The notes below the pieces were generated by a model, which did not search any database, had not been told where the DNA came from, and saw only the letters and a list, made by a program, of their open reading frames with translations. The position numbers were made by a program, and so were the translations under genes. A DNA stretch of 63,094 nt, filler included, from Octopus bimaculoides (Eukaryota): assembly GCF_001194135.2 (NCBI RefSeq). It is 4 parts of 3 records of this genome, joined end to end, with 100 filler letters (N's around TTAATTAATTAA, not from the genome) between each part and the next. Parts side by side here need not be neighbours in the genome. Positions count along the whole stretch, not along the records: positions 41,956 to 63,094 come from NC_068982.1; 3 more parts are not named here. One strand, given 5' to 3'. Of this stretch, positions 50,470 to 62,921 are shown in pieces; within the stretch, counting starts at the first letter, position 1, and the number at the start of each line of letters is the position of its first letter.

Positions 50470-51730
50470 GTGTGACTGTGACTTTGTGCCAAAGGTGTGG
50501 ATGTTATGAAGGACGCGGTGATGGGGGTAAGGACGATGGTGATAATTGTAGTAGCGGTGGTGGAGGTCGTGAGGGTGATGATTGTGATGATAGTGGTAAT
50601 GGTGGCGTTGGTGGTGGTAGTGGTGGTGGTGGTAGTAGTGGTGGTGGTAGTGGTGGTGGTGGTGGTGGTAGTGGTGGTGGTGGTGGTGTTGGTAAAATTC
50701 TTGGTAATAGAATTAATGATTGTGGTAATGGCTGTGCTAATTGTGGTGATGGTAGTGGCAGTGTTGGTTGCAGTGGTGATGACTTTGGTGGTAGTAGTGG
50801 TGATGATAAGTTTAAAAACAGGGGCAGTCATAGATGGAGCGATTTTGATCATATATCTGTATGATCTAGAACTAAATAACAACAACAGCAACACCGTCAC
50901 TACATAACGTCAAGCGTCAGCGCTGCCTCACAACATTGTTACCAGGGATACCATTTCCACTACCACCATCACAACTACCACTACCGAATCCACTACCATT
51001 AATATTACCAGCACCAATACCACCACCTACACCACTACCACCATCACTAACAATACAACAAAAAAACTGTCTTCACCGAGTCTATCACCAACAACACTAC
51101 CACCAACAACACTACCACCACCATCACCACAACCAGTACTACCTCCACCATCAACACCAAGCAAACCTCCATCATACCAACTTCTGGAGCAACTTTGTCA
51201 TCCATACCACCATACCTACCATCAAGCAACATCAATATGAGGCCATGAACACTGTCATCAACACCACCACCACCACCACTTTCTACCACCACCTTCCGCC
51301 ACAGTCAACATTATTACAACCACCACCAATGCAACTACTACCACCACCACTAGCACTAGTAATACCACTATCATTATCCTTATCCCTACACTACCATCAT
51401 TACCACCACCACTACCGCCATCACTACCACCACCATCACCACCTCCATCATCACCATCAATACCACCATCATCATCACCACCACTGCAACCACCATCATC
51501 ATCATCATCATCACCACCAACGACAACTCCACCATCATCACTACGACTATCACCCTCACCACCATCACCACCACCACCGTTACCACCACCACAACCACCA
51601 CGATCATCACCATCACTACTACCATCACCACAACCGGCACCACCAACAAGCCCACCACCACCACTTCCACCACCACCACCACAACCAACACCACCACCAC
51701 CACCACCACCACTATAATCATTATAATGAC
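50470..51730. repeat. GGT-rich tract followed by a CAC/CCA/CAT-rich tract
   Basis: Low-complexity trinucleotide-derived sequence; source of the poly-Val, -Gly, -His and -Thr ORFs. Confidence 0.9.
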
Positions 51731-52299
51731 GCTGATAATAAAAGGTAGTGGTTAGGAGTTTACAGAGTCTGCTGGTGAAAATATGGTTGTGTTGTTTTTT
51801 TTACCTTCCATTATGATATATTTTCTGCTAATTATCCCAATATTGGTAAGCATTCCTCAATTATAACTCGTCATCATCTTCATGTATGTCATCCTCCCAC
51901 CGCCCCTCACAATTTGCCTCTTCCCTCTCCTCTACCACACTTCCATTCATGTTTGTTTATCACAATTTTATGGCATTACACAATTTTTAAAAAATTTATT
52001 CGTTTTTTTTTGTCTTTTTATATTTATTTCGTAGCTTTTACTGTTTTTTGTTCATCATATATGTGTGTGTGCGAGTGGGTGTTATGTGTGTGTGCGAGTG
52101 GGTGTTATGTGAGTGTGTGTAGGTTTGTGTGTATGTATGTATGTATTACGTATACATATATACTTACATACACACACCTACACACACACACACACACATA
52201 TACATGTATATNNNNNNNNNNTTACATACACACACCTACACACACACACACACACATATACATGTATATGTATATGTATATATACGCGTATATATATCA

Positions 52300-52337
<38 letters not shown>

Positions 52338-52669
52338 GTGTGCATGTTTGTGTATGTGTGTGTGTGCGCGCATGTGAGTGTATGTATGTATGTATGCATG
52401 TATGTGTGTGTCTATATATATGCCTGTATGTATATTCTGTTTATATTTTTCGAATATCTCATCGATAGGAAAAGAGCCGATTTCTAGCCCAGAAACAATG
52501 ATCCTTCATTGGAATTTACACAACACCAAGGCAATTGCAAGACATGAAAGCAGGCACGTCTCCATATATGCACGTATGTATTATTGCAGTTAAGGTTTTG
52601 TAAGGGGAAGTATTAGGGGTCCGTTGTTCTGCGGGTTTATGGTATCTGTAGTTTGGGAAATTAAGGTGG

Positions 52670-52822
52670 CTGTTCCCTTGGGAAAGTGCCTTCTACTATG
52701 CTCTCGTGCCAACTAAATCCTTGTGAGTGGATTTGGTAGATCGAAACTGAAAGAAAACCGTCGTATATCTGTGTGTGTGCGCGCACGTGTGTGTTTGTCC
52801 CCCACCATCGCTTGACAACCGG
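52670..52822 (+). mobile_element. SINE family 1, middle part, fused to the broken 3' end of the Dong-like LINE
   Basis: ...CCATCGCTTGACAACCGG joins directly to AATCTATTTGG. Confidence 0.75.
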
Positions 52823-55800
52823 AATCTATTTGGTTTTTGTCTATCTTGGTTGTTATCCAATTAGTTCTTAATGCTTGATCTTGTGCTGCTACTAACAAAC
52901 TTTCTGTCTCCCTTTTTCGCCTTACTTTCTGGAGCCATAACCATGTCTCACTACTACTATTTGCTGCGACTATCTGTGGGAATCTACTATGCAACGCTCT
53001 CTCCTGCCAGTCAGATAACGTCTGGTTTTTAAGTCCGTTTGGGTTTTTGGTTTCCCTGCGGCTTTCCATGACTCTATTCCATGACTTCACTATTACCTAC
53101 ATAAGAGTTTATATCTACTCTAGCTAGCTCCACGCAGTCTTCTACTGATGTTGACCCTCTTCTACCGTCCTTTTTAGCTAAATATAATCTTGCTACTCGT
53201 ACCCTTGGGTGGAGTCCTCCATTCATGTTGAATTCCTTCCAAGTTCTTCTGTATAGCTTTGCTAATTCAGCTTTTGTCCAATCTGCAAAAGCTGCTGAGT
53301 ATCTCAGTAATGATATTCCTAAGTATTTACAGCCTTCACTAGATTTGGACCATTTAGTTTTGACTTCACTAGCTTCCTCAGCCTTCTGATGTGCTCCTCA
53401 ATTTTCGCTTTCATTTCTATAGTTAGTACTCTGTCAGATTCTAATACTCCTAGATACTTATAACTCTCTCCTCCCATTAATGATTTTAATGTCTGCCTAT
53501 CTGGTAATGGATTCCTTCGCTGTTGACTACATGTCCCCTTCTCATAACTAATATTGCACACTTATCTATGCCAAACTCTATGCCTATATCTTTGCTGAAG
53601 AGTCTTACAGTCTGTATTAAGGAATCTATCTCTTTTCCATTCTTACTAAAAAGTTTTAGACCATCCATGTTGAGCAAATGGTTAATTTTTCCCTTACTAT
53701 TTCAGAACTGATACCTCGCCTTTACCGTCCTTAATACTAAACTGAGGGGCGGGGGTCTAATATAAGATAAATATTAGAGGGGACAAGTCCCCCTGGAAAA
53801 TTCATCTTTTGATATTAACTTTCCCTGACAGTGTGTCACCTGAGTAGAGATCTACTTTCCATTTCTTCATGCTACAGCTAACTAATACTCTTGTGTTGTC
53901 TATTAAACTGAATATACTCAAACATTCACTTAGCCATGAGTATCGGATTATGTTATAGGCTTTCTTATAATCTGGTGCTATGTCTTTTCGTCCGACGTCA
54001 CTTCGTCAAACGTCTTTTGGTCGGACGTCTTTTTGTCCGATGGTCTTTTTTGTCCAACGACTTTTTGTCCAGTTTTAAATAGACTCTTTAGAAAACAAAG
54101 TGAAATATCTCTAATGATATATTCACAGAACAATAACGAGCCTCGTTATACGATTGTTATCATCGTTCTTTTTCCTTCTCTGTTAACAGTTTTACTGTCT
54201 CTTTTTCCCTCTCTTAAGTACGGTGCTGTGTATAGAGAGTGCTGCAGATTTAGTGTACGCATTTGTAATTTACCCATCCCGATACATCTACGATCTTCAT
54301 TCAAGCAATACAAAACTAGGAAAAGAATACTGGAGATGTGAGAAAAGAAGGCTGTGTTCAGTACGAATTCATACGGTAACAGAAAACAATGAGCCGAAAA
54401 TTATTTATTTTTCTAGTGAGCACCTTCATCCAGCTGATGTAGATTCGTTAAATGCTAGAAAAGCAGTTGCAGAAATAAAGCATGAAGCGGTGGAAAACTT
54501 AGCAGCAAGTTCGCATAGCATAATAGCAGCTAAGTTTACGCAACTAACAGAAAATACTTGCTCACAACTTCCTCGTTTGCTTGTACTTTCAAAGAATATT
54601 CAAAGGTGCTGACAAAAAAATTCCGAATTTCCCGCTAGAACTGGTTTTGAAATACTTGTAGAATATTGTAAACTTGATAATGGCGAACAGTTTCCAATAT
54701 ACGATTCGGGTATCGAGGATCAACAGGGCATACTAGTATGTACGTCAGAAAGTGCTCTTCAGGATATAGCATCATATCGTCAATGGGCACGTGATGGAAC
54801 GTTCAAAATTGTACCAGAACAGTTGTTTCAACTGTTTCAGCATTCATGTACAAGTTAGTTTTCCACGGGTCTTTGTATTACAGCCGAAGAAAACAAAGCA
54901 GACATACGAATTATTTTTCAAGCAACTGAAAATTATGCAGCCTAATGCATATCCGTTTGATCTCATCAAAGATTTTGAAGTTGCAGTTCATAAGGCATTT
55001 AATTCATCATTACCTAATTCATCTATCGTGGCATGTTTGTTTCATTTGAGCCAATCAGTATTTCGAAAAATTACAGATTTAGGCCTCAAAGAAAAATACA
55101 ATAAAGACTCTGAATTCTGTCTTAAAATTCGATGCTTTTCAGCATTAGCCTTCCTGTCCGTTGAAGATGTCGAAGAGATGTATGAAGAATTAATAAACGA
55201 TGAATAAATACCTGCTGAATTCATCGCTTACTTCGACTTGACTTACATAGATGTGAGAGGACGTGGTGCTAGACGAAGGAGAGAACCACCTACATTCCCG
55301 ATAGCTGTATGGAATGTTAATCAGCGTATTCTTCAAGATCTTCCCAGAACAAATAATGCTGCGGAGGGCTTTCATTCTGCAGGTGGAGCACATTTGAATA
55401 TTTAGAAATTAATCAAAACTCTGAAGGAAGATAAAATGACTCAAATTCTTGGAGATCCATCAAATTCATGTACACAATATAGAAGAGTAACCGAATACCT
55501 CAAATGATTGGTCATTGAATATGGGTCAACAAGAAAAATTGATTTCTTGAAGCGTGTGGCATATAATTTGCATCAATTTTAAGTGATAATAATAAATCAT
55601 TAGTTATATCTTATTACTTTTTAAAATAACTTTTTTTTAAATATATTTTTCGACAATATATTTTATTTGAATCCTATTAATAAAATTCTCAATGATTATT
55701 TGATTTTGATATTCACGTTGTTTTCTTAAGAGTTTATTTAAAATTGGACAAAAAGTCGTTGAACAAAAAAAAAATCATCAGACAAAAAGACGTCGGACCA

Positions 55801-57573
55801 AAAAACGTGGACAAAGTGACGTTGGATAAAGTGACAAAGGACGAAAAGTCCGGTCACGTTATAATCTATCCATGCTATTGTCAATTTTTTCTTTCTTGCT
55901 TTTACTTCATTTAGAACTGCTTTGTCTCTGTATAATAGACCATGCGTTCCTCTAGCCTTCCGCCTGCAACCTTTCTGTTCTTCTGGCAGTAAATTCTGGT
56001 TGTCAAAGTGCTCGTAAATGCTTTCAGCATTCCTGTTAACAGCTTCCACACTAATGGTAAGCAAGTGGTTAGTCTATAGTTGCTAACTGTTTTACCCTTT
56101 CATAACACGTATTGTCTCCTCTCTAGTCATCCAATCTGCTATTATTCCTCCATTAAGGTTATCCTGAAGTTGTTCCTTCCCATGTAAACTACTAAATTTC
56201 GTTAGCCTGTACCATTGAACTAAATATGGTCCTGGGCCCTCCCAATTTGGCATTTTTTCTAACACTTTACTCATTAATGCTTTATTTATTCTTAGATGTG
56301 GCTGCTTCTCACCACTTCTTCTTTAACTTTCTTTAACCATACTGCATCTCCATTATAATTGACTAGCTTATCCCAAATATTACTCCAGAACTTTCTAGCT
56401 TTTTCTGCATTAGGTTTCTCATCTTCAATACTTCGTTCTCTACTATTTATTTGGTTATAAAATCTCCTCTGGTTGGTCTCAAATAATCTATTCTGTTGAT
56501 ACTGATCTATTCTTTTCTGATATCTGGCGAGCTTGCTTGCTACTGCTATGGTACGCTGTTTCAACTCTTCTATGACTGTCCCGAATTCTTTCTCTTTGAC
56601 TAAATATATTTTCCCACGAGAAGATTTGCATCTTGTGTTTCCTAACTTGTTCAGTTTCCAAGCTTCTCAGATCTTGTCTTAAAGACTGCCCCCTTATTTT
56701 GCAGTCTCATTTTCCGCATTTGCTCTTTTAAAATCTTTCTCTTTAAGACATCTAATCTTCTTGTGACAACAGCCCCTCTTGCATAGATCAATAAGTTAGT
56801 ATCTCCTGTATTTTTAGTATCTATTCTACTAGTAACAGAATCTACTTTCCTTTCCTTCAGTTGGTACCTTTTAATGCTGGCAATCTTTTTCGTACTTCTT
56901 TACTCATTACTTCCTACAACTCATCTAAAATCTTTTGACCGTCTTCACTTAAATCATTTAAGTCGCTGGTACCAGTTGTCCCTTCCTTAATGATAACGCT
57001 ATTATTATTTTTTCCTTTAGGTTCTTCTGTGGTTTGAGCTGTATCTCTTATGTTGTTGCTTGTCTTTACCACTGCCTGGTCTTTCTTTTCCAGTTCTCTT
57101 GTGATCTCTTCTACCTCCAGTTCTGTCATCCACTTTCTTCTCCGAATAGCGTTAGCTTGATCTACTAATCTCTGCTCAGTCACTTTAAATATACTCTTCT
57201 TTACCCAAAGTGTTAACATTCGTTTTCTACAGCTCCTACTTTTAGGTTCACTTTCTAACTAGCACTGCATTACTATCCTGCTTTCTTCGTTGGTCCACTC
57301 CTCCCTCTACTCTATTATTTGCCGATGCTGTATTTGGATAGTAGCTGTGGTCAGTCTGCATCTTTACTGAGTCACTGTCGAGCGAGAGGCCTTCCCTTAA
57401 AGATCCAGCTTCATTTTCGCTGTTACAATCAGAGTTTCTTCGGAAACTCTTGTCTCTCATAAGCTGAGGTAAGGTAACGTTCGTCACCAACGTCATCACC
57501 ACTTATTTTTCGACATCTGATAGTTTCAAGCTACTTTCTATTGCATCTTTTGTTGCACCTTTGTGGTATGTGC
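52823..57573 (-). mobile_element. R4/Dong-like LINE B: 5' region, RT and part of the C-terminus; decayed and interrupted by a MULE
   Basis: EQRLVDQANAIRR; KARKFWSNIW; KMPNWEGPGP; CLPLVWKLLTG; PEEQKGCRR; AWIDY|KKAY; IFQGD.SP; INHLLNMDGLKLF; FGIDKCA; YKYLGVLE; ETESLLVAAQDQALRTN. Confidence 0.9.
53974..55858 (+). mobile_element. Mutator (MULE) transposon, 1885 bp, FLYWCH plus DDE transposase pseudogene
   Basis: 9-bp TSD TTATAATCT at 53965-53973 and 55859-55867; about 110-bp imperfect TIRs. YWRCEKRRLCSVRIHT...EHLH (FLYWCH); DGTFKIVP, DFEVA, CLFHLSQSVFRKI, PRTNNAAEGFH; frameshifted. Confidence 0.92.
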
Positions 57574-57592
57574 TATTATTATTATTATTATT

Positions 57593-57938
57593 GTTCAGTA
57601 GTTTTATTTTTATAACGTGCTTTCACTTCACTACCGAGCGCAGCTCTGTGCGCTTTGGGTATGTGCTGTGGTTTGCTGTGGTGCTCTTATGGTTACTGTA
57701 TTGAAAGTGTTTTGCGTAGGATGTGTGCTGTGCCCAGTAGTGCAATTTTCTGTATGTTATATATATTTGTAAGTCCTGGTGTTTTTGTTATGTATTTGTC
57801 TGAATATTTTTTATTATATCTAAGGCACCTACTATCATAGGAATTGTTTCTGTTTTTAGATTCCACATTCGAGTTACCTCTATTTTTTTTTCCAGGTCTT
57901 TGTATTTTGAAAGTTTTTCCATTTCTTTTAGAGAAACG

Positions 57939-57941
<3 letters not shown>
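57593..57941 (-). mobile_element. 5'-truncated R4/Dong-like LINE A (REL C-terminus and 3' UTR) within (AAT)n
   Basis: KYKDL...EVTRMWNLKTETIPMIVGAL...IQKIALLGTAHILRKTLSIQ*; (TAT)n at 57574-57592 and 57942-58006. Confidence 0.85.
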
Positions 57942-58006
<65 letters not shown>

Positions 58007-58291
58007 GGGGGAGCATCATAGCCATGTGTTGAGATGAATTCTTTGGGGTTTGACTAATTCACCTTTGGAAACATGGGTGTTTTGCTCAACATCCTTAAAC
58101 AAACTTTATTCAGGGACCTTTTGAGCGGGATGGGCTACTCGACCTGAAGAAAATTCTAACTGGGCCCCACCTGCGAGGTCATGTGTTGTTTATCTTGATA
58201 TGAGATCCCCATGTCGCGTACATATGGTTGTGATGCATGTGCCTGGTGTACCCTTATCAGACGGGTAGTCATGATGGGTATAATGGGCTTC
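58007..58291. repeat. Partial inverted copy of the repeat at 46516-46958
   Basis: Shared CACCTTTGGAAACATGGGTGTTTTGCTCAACATCCTTAAAC...GGGCCCCACCTGCGAGGTCATG. Confidence 0.8.
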
Positions 58292-58656
58292 TCTTTGGCA
58301 GAGCCCTCATCGACTTTTCGAGTTTCACTTGGAAAGAAAAGAGCGGGGGGAGAGGAAGATGCTGTCCTCAAGTGAATTTATTGAAAGGTGGGTGAAAGTT
58401 GCGAAAATGACAAAAGTGGATGATACCGCTCTAAGTATAGACCTGTGAGTTGGAGAACAGGAACTGCTGAGGGTACCTGCCCTTGGTGTTCAGGGAGATC
58501 TTGGATAGTGGGTTTCCTCGAGTATTTTTAAAGGTTCTCCCATGTCAGGAGGACCACATCACTATCATTACTCATCCCTTTTATTTTATTTGTACTATTG
58601 TATACTTTGCATGCTTCCCTTTGCTGTCTTATTGTAATATTGTGTATACGTTCTAT

Positions 58657-58687
<31 letters not shown>

Positions 58688-58778
58688 TTTCTCTCATATC
58701 ATTATATGTAAAATCCCAAACACTTGATGTCTGTCTCTTGTATTGTCCCCCTCATACTTCGCCCTGGTGGCAAATAAA
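58292..58778 (+). mobile_element. LINE 3' end (probably L1/Tx1) ending in AAATAAA-(ATC)n
   Basis: FEFHLERK...RKMLSSSEFIERWVKVAKM...*, a T-rich 3' UTR, then (ATC)n from 58779. Confidence 0.5.
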
Positions 58779-59057
58779 ATCATCATCATCATCATCATCC
58801 TCCTCATCATCGTTGTCGTCGTCGTCTTCATCATCATTATTATTATTATCGACCCCAGTGCGTAAATAAGTACCCGTTGCGCACTGTAATCGATGCAATT
58901 GACTATCCCCCTCCCAAAAATGTCTCAAGCCTTTGAGCCTATTGTAAAAAGGATTGTTACTATTATTATTATTATTATTCATTTTTCTGAATTCTATTTT
59001 CATATCGTTGGTTATATTTTTTGTTTTGGGCTCTTGTGGCCAATAAAAGAAATAACA

Positions 59058-59119
<62 letters not shown>
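59058..59119. repeat. (CTA)n microsatellite (another at about 59866-59906)
   Basis: Directly visible. Confidence 0.9.
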
Positions 59120-59120
<1 letters not shown>

Positions 59121-59865
59121 GTTGCTGCTGTTCCTGTTGTTATTACTGTCATCGTCATCATCTTCATCATCACTGGTATTGTTAGATTCCGCCATAGTAA
59201 GACAAGTCCTGTTTGACTTTAAAAATATGTTATAGTCGTGTTTATTATTGTCTTTGATCAATGAATGAATTAGAGGGGAAATACTATACATAAACATTCC
59301 ACGCAGCCACCGCCATCATTCAGGGAAAGCTGTTTCGTGATGATACATTTCGTTATATCTTATTTTTATCTATTGCCAACTTCTATCTGTTACTTGTTAT
59401 TAATTCAACCATGAATGCAGAAATACTCGCTCTTCAAGATGGCTGCAATAATGACGGTTGCAAAACAGAAGCCTTTCTTTTCTTTTTTTTTTCTTCTTTT
59501 TTTATTTCTTTTGGCTTCGTCAATCCCTGTTACCGCTGCTCGTGGGTCTGCTAGATTTTATTTATTTATTTATTTATTTGTTCGTTTGCTTGTTTGTTGC
59601 TTTTAGACCGACGGCTTGGCAGTTTGTTTCTGAGGAATGAGGAACGAGTAACAATAGAAACAGTCGGGTTTCTCTACCGTATTTGATTCTGTTCGTTGTC
59701 TTTGTGTTGTCATTCTTGTTTGCTTCCGTTCATGTGTTGATTGTTGAAAGAGGGGAGCGAATGCAGGAAAGCCTTTTATGTGTAGGAACAATTGTCCAGA
59801 TGGTAACGATAATTCCATAGTTAACGTACACGAACACCACCACCACCACCACAACAACAACAACA

Positions 59866-59906
<41 letters not shown>

Positions 59907-60093
59907 ATTTATGTAAATGATGACAGTAAGAATAAAACCGATAACAATACGAATGTAGATTCATGTGATAGTAACTACAACGACAAAGATAATATTAATA
60001 CTAATATTACTACTACTAATAATAATAATAAAAGCAAAAGAGAAACGATCGCTGCAACAAAAGCGAAAGTGTATTTTTACGGTCTGTCTGTAT

Positions 60094-60495
60094 AGGTGCA
60101 GGCATGGCTGTATGGTTAAGGAGCTTGCTTGGCAACCATGTGGTTCCGGGTTCTGTCCCACTTTGCTGCGCCATGAGTAAGTGTCTTCTATTATTGCCCT
60201 GAGCCAACAAATGCTTTGTAAGTGAATTTACTATACGGAAGCCAGTCGCAAATGTATATATATATATACATAAATGCTTGTGTGTGTCTTAGTGTTTGTG
60301 TCCGTACCACTACTCCTTGACAACCAGTGTCGCTTTGTTTACATTCCCGTAAATTAGCGGTTAGGCAAAAGGGAACCGATTAAATAAGAACCAGGCTTTA
60401 AAACGTAAGGTCTGGGGTCGAATTGTTCAACCAAACTTTTCAAGGTGGTGCCCCAGCATAACAGCAGTTCAAAGATTGGAACAAGCAAAGGATTA
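60094..60495 (+). mobile_element. SINE family 1, diverged full length
   Basis: GGTGCAGGCATGGCTGTATGGTTAAG...CAAGGTGGTGCCCCAGCAT. Confidence 0.85.
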
Positions 60496-60517
60496 AGGAT
60501 GTTTCTATTTCAGTATG

Positions 60518-60553
<36 letters not shown>

Positions 60554-61165
60554 TGCGTGCGTATGTGTGTGTATGCGTGTGTGTGTGTGTGTATGTGTGT
60601 GTGTGCGTGTGTGTATGTGTGTGTGTGCGCGCGCGTGTGAAACTCTAAAGNNNNNNNNNNNNNNNNNNNNNNNNNNNNNNNNNNNNNNNNNNNNNNNNNN
60701 NNNNNNNNNNNNNNNNNNNNNNNNNNNNNNNNNNNNNNNNNNNNNNNNNNNNNNNNNNNNNNNNNNNNNNNNNNNNNNNNNNNNNNNNNNNNNNNNNNNN
60801 NNNNNNNNNNNNNNNNNNNNNNNNNNNNNNNNNNNNNNNNNNNNNNNNNNNNNNNNNNNNNNNNNNNNNNNNNNNNNNNNNNNNNNNNNNNNNNNNNNNN
60901 NNNNNNNNNNNNNNNNNNNNNNNNNNNNNNNNNNNNNNNNNNNNNNNNNNNNNNNNNNNNNNNNNNNNNNNNNNNNNNNNNNNNNNNNNNNNNNNNNNNN
61001 NNNNNNNNNNNNNNNNNNNNNNNNNNNNNNNNNNNNNNNNNNNNNNNNNNNNNNNNNNNNNNNNNNNNNNNNNNNNNNNNNNNNNNNNNNNNNNNNNNNN
61101 NNNNNNNNNNNNNNNNNNNNNNNNNNNNNNNNNNNNNNNNNNNNNNNNNNNNNNNNNNNNNNNNN

Positions 61166-61770
61166 GTCGAAGTTTGAGTCTGGTCGCACCATTTTTCTTT
61201 CTGACTTTACAGCGTAATTATGGCCGCTCCACTAGCAATGTGCACTAAAGAAGAACAAAGAAGAGTGATCCGATTTCTCTGGAAAAGGGATGTACGATCA
61301 ACAGTGCAAGATACACCGCTTTGCTGGCCAACAAACTGAAATCAGCAATTTGCACCAAACGTCGAAGCCTATTGTCGAAGAAAGTTTTGTTGCTGCATGA
61401 CAATGCACACCCACACACGGCCGCCCAGACCGTTGAAACCATTAACCAATTGGGTTTTGAGGTGCTAGAATACCCTGTCTACAGCCCAGATCTTGCCCCA
61501 TCCGACTATCATATCTTTGGACCGTTCAAAAATGGTTCACGAGGTCGTCGATTTTCTACGGACGAAGATGTGAAGGAAGCGGTGCATAAATGATTGCACG
61601 ACCAACCGAAATCTTCTTGGAGGGAATACGCAAGCTTGTTGACCGCTGGACCGAGTGCATCGGAAAGGAAGGAGCCTAATAGAAAAATGACGTACTTGTT
61701 TATCCTCTACTTTTGGATAAATACATGGAAAAATCAAGAGTGCGTATAATTTTTTACTCTCTCTCCTATA
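61166..61770 (+). mobile_element. mariner (DD34D) element, internally deleted
   Basis: MAAPLAMCTKEEQRRVIRFLW is joined directly to TINSARYTALLANKLK...LLLHDNAHPH...YSPDLAPSDY; left end lost in a gap. Confidence 0.88.
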
Positions 61771-61829
61771 TATGCACATACACATATATATATACATACA
61801 TGCACTATATAATTATTATATACATGAGA

Positions 61830-62668
61830 TACATTCAGAAAGTTTTGAGACTCTTTTTTGAGGAAAGGCAGTTATAACTGTCCTAGATTATTATAATTTA
61901 AGGATATCAGTACTATACATCTAATAAGCTGACCAGACAACTTTTGTTATTTTAGATTGAAGGAGAGAGCTGTACCAGCACTTCCAATATTTCCTACTAA
62001 ACACTGCTTGTCACCTAATTTTGCAGAATACAGTCGGGACTTGAAGACAATTTGGAAGCTTGCTACGCAATAAAATTTTGTGTTAAACTAGGTTTAAAAC
62101 GGTACAGAAAATTATGAAATGCTTTAGACTGCTTATGAATTAACATGTATGAGCCGAGCATCTGTTTTGTTTTGTTTTTTTTTGGTTTTGCTCGCACAAG
62201 AGGCCAGGCAAAGCATGTCCACCGGGAAGCCTATGATGATCCCCTTTTTCAACAGCAAATGCTTCACCTACATCCACTGGGTTCTCCCTGGTCAGATGGT
62301 CAACAAAGAGTACTTTGTGAAGGTTTTGAGGGAGTTCATTAAGAAATTTCGTCGCAAAAGTCCAGAGCAACAGCAGTAAGACAATGCACCAGTCCATAAT
62401 TCCGTCCTGGTAAGCAACTACTTTGCACAGATGGGCATCAAAACTGTCCCTCACCCTCCGTACAGTCCAGACTTTGCTCCTTGTTCACCAAGATGGAGGA
62501 GACTTTGACAAGAGTTCAGAACATCTTCATTTTGGCTTACTACCATGGGCTCTTCACGACTGTATTGAAGCAAAAGGATTCTACTTTGAAAGAGATTAGA
62601 GTTTTGTACTTTGATATTAATAAAAGTATCTCCTGAAAAAGTGTCAAAACCTCTGGAATACAACTTAT
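61830..62668 (+). mobile_element. Second mariner element, decayed
   Basis: GQMVNKEYFVKVLREF...DNAPVH...TVPHPPYSPDFAPC; TIR-like ends CATTCAGAAAGTTTTGAGAC and GTGTCAAAACCTCTGGAATA. Confidence 0.8.
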
Positions 62669-62884
62669 ATATACATAGATATATACTATCTAAAATGATG
62701 TATTCAAATAATCATTGTATACGTGTTTCAGTAATGTACTTATACATTTATATAATGATTATACATTATTTTATCGGCAATTGAAATCTAAATAATATGT
62801 AAAATAGAATAGTATTCCGTTTGTTATTACACGAGGAAGAATATTTGCTATAGTTAACTGTTTGTGGCTTCAAACACTTTGAAA

Positions 62885-62921
<37 letters not shown>

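Noticed and set aside
50433-51748. Long His-, Thr-, Val- and Gly-rich ORFs (up to 270 aa)
   Set aside because: Low-complexity trinucleotide tracts open in several frames on both strands.
59430-59450. YY1-like motif CAAGATGGCTGC as a promoter
   Set aside because: A single short motif with no supporting gene structure.
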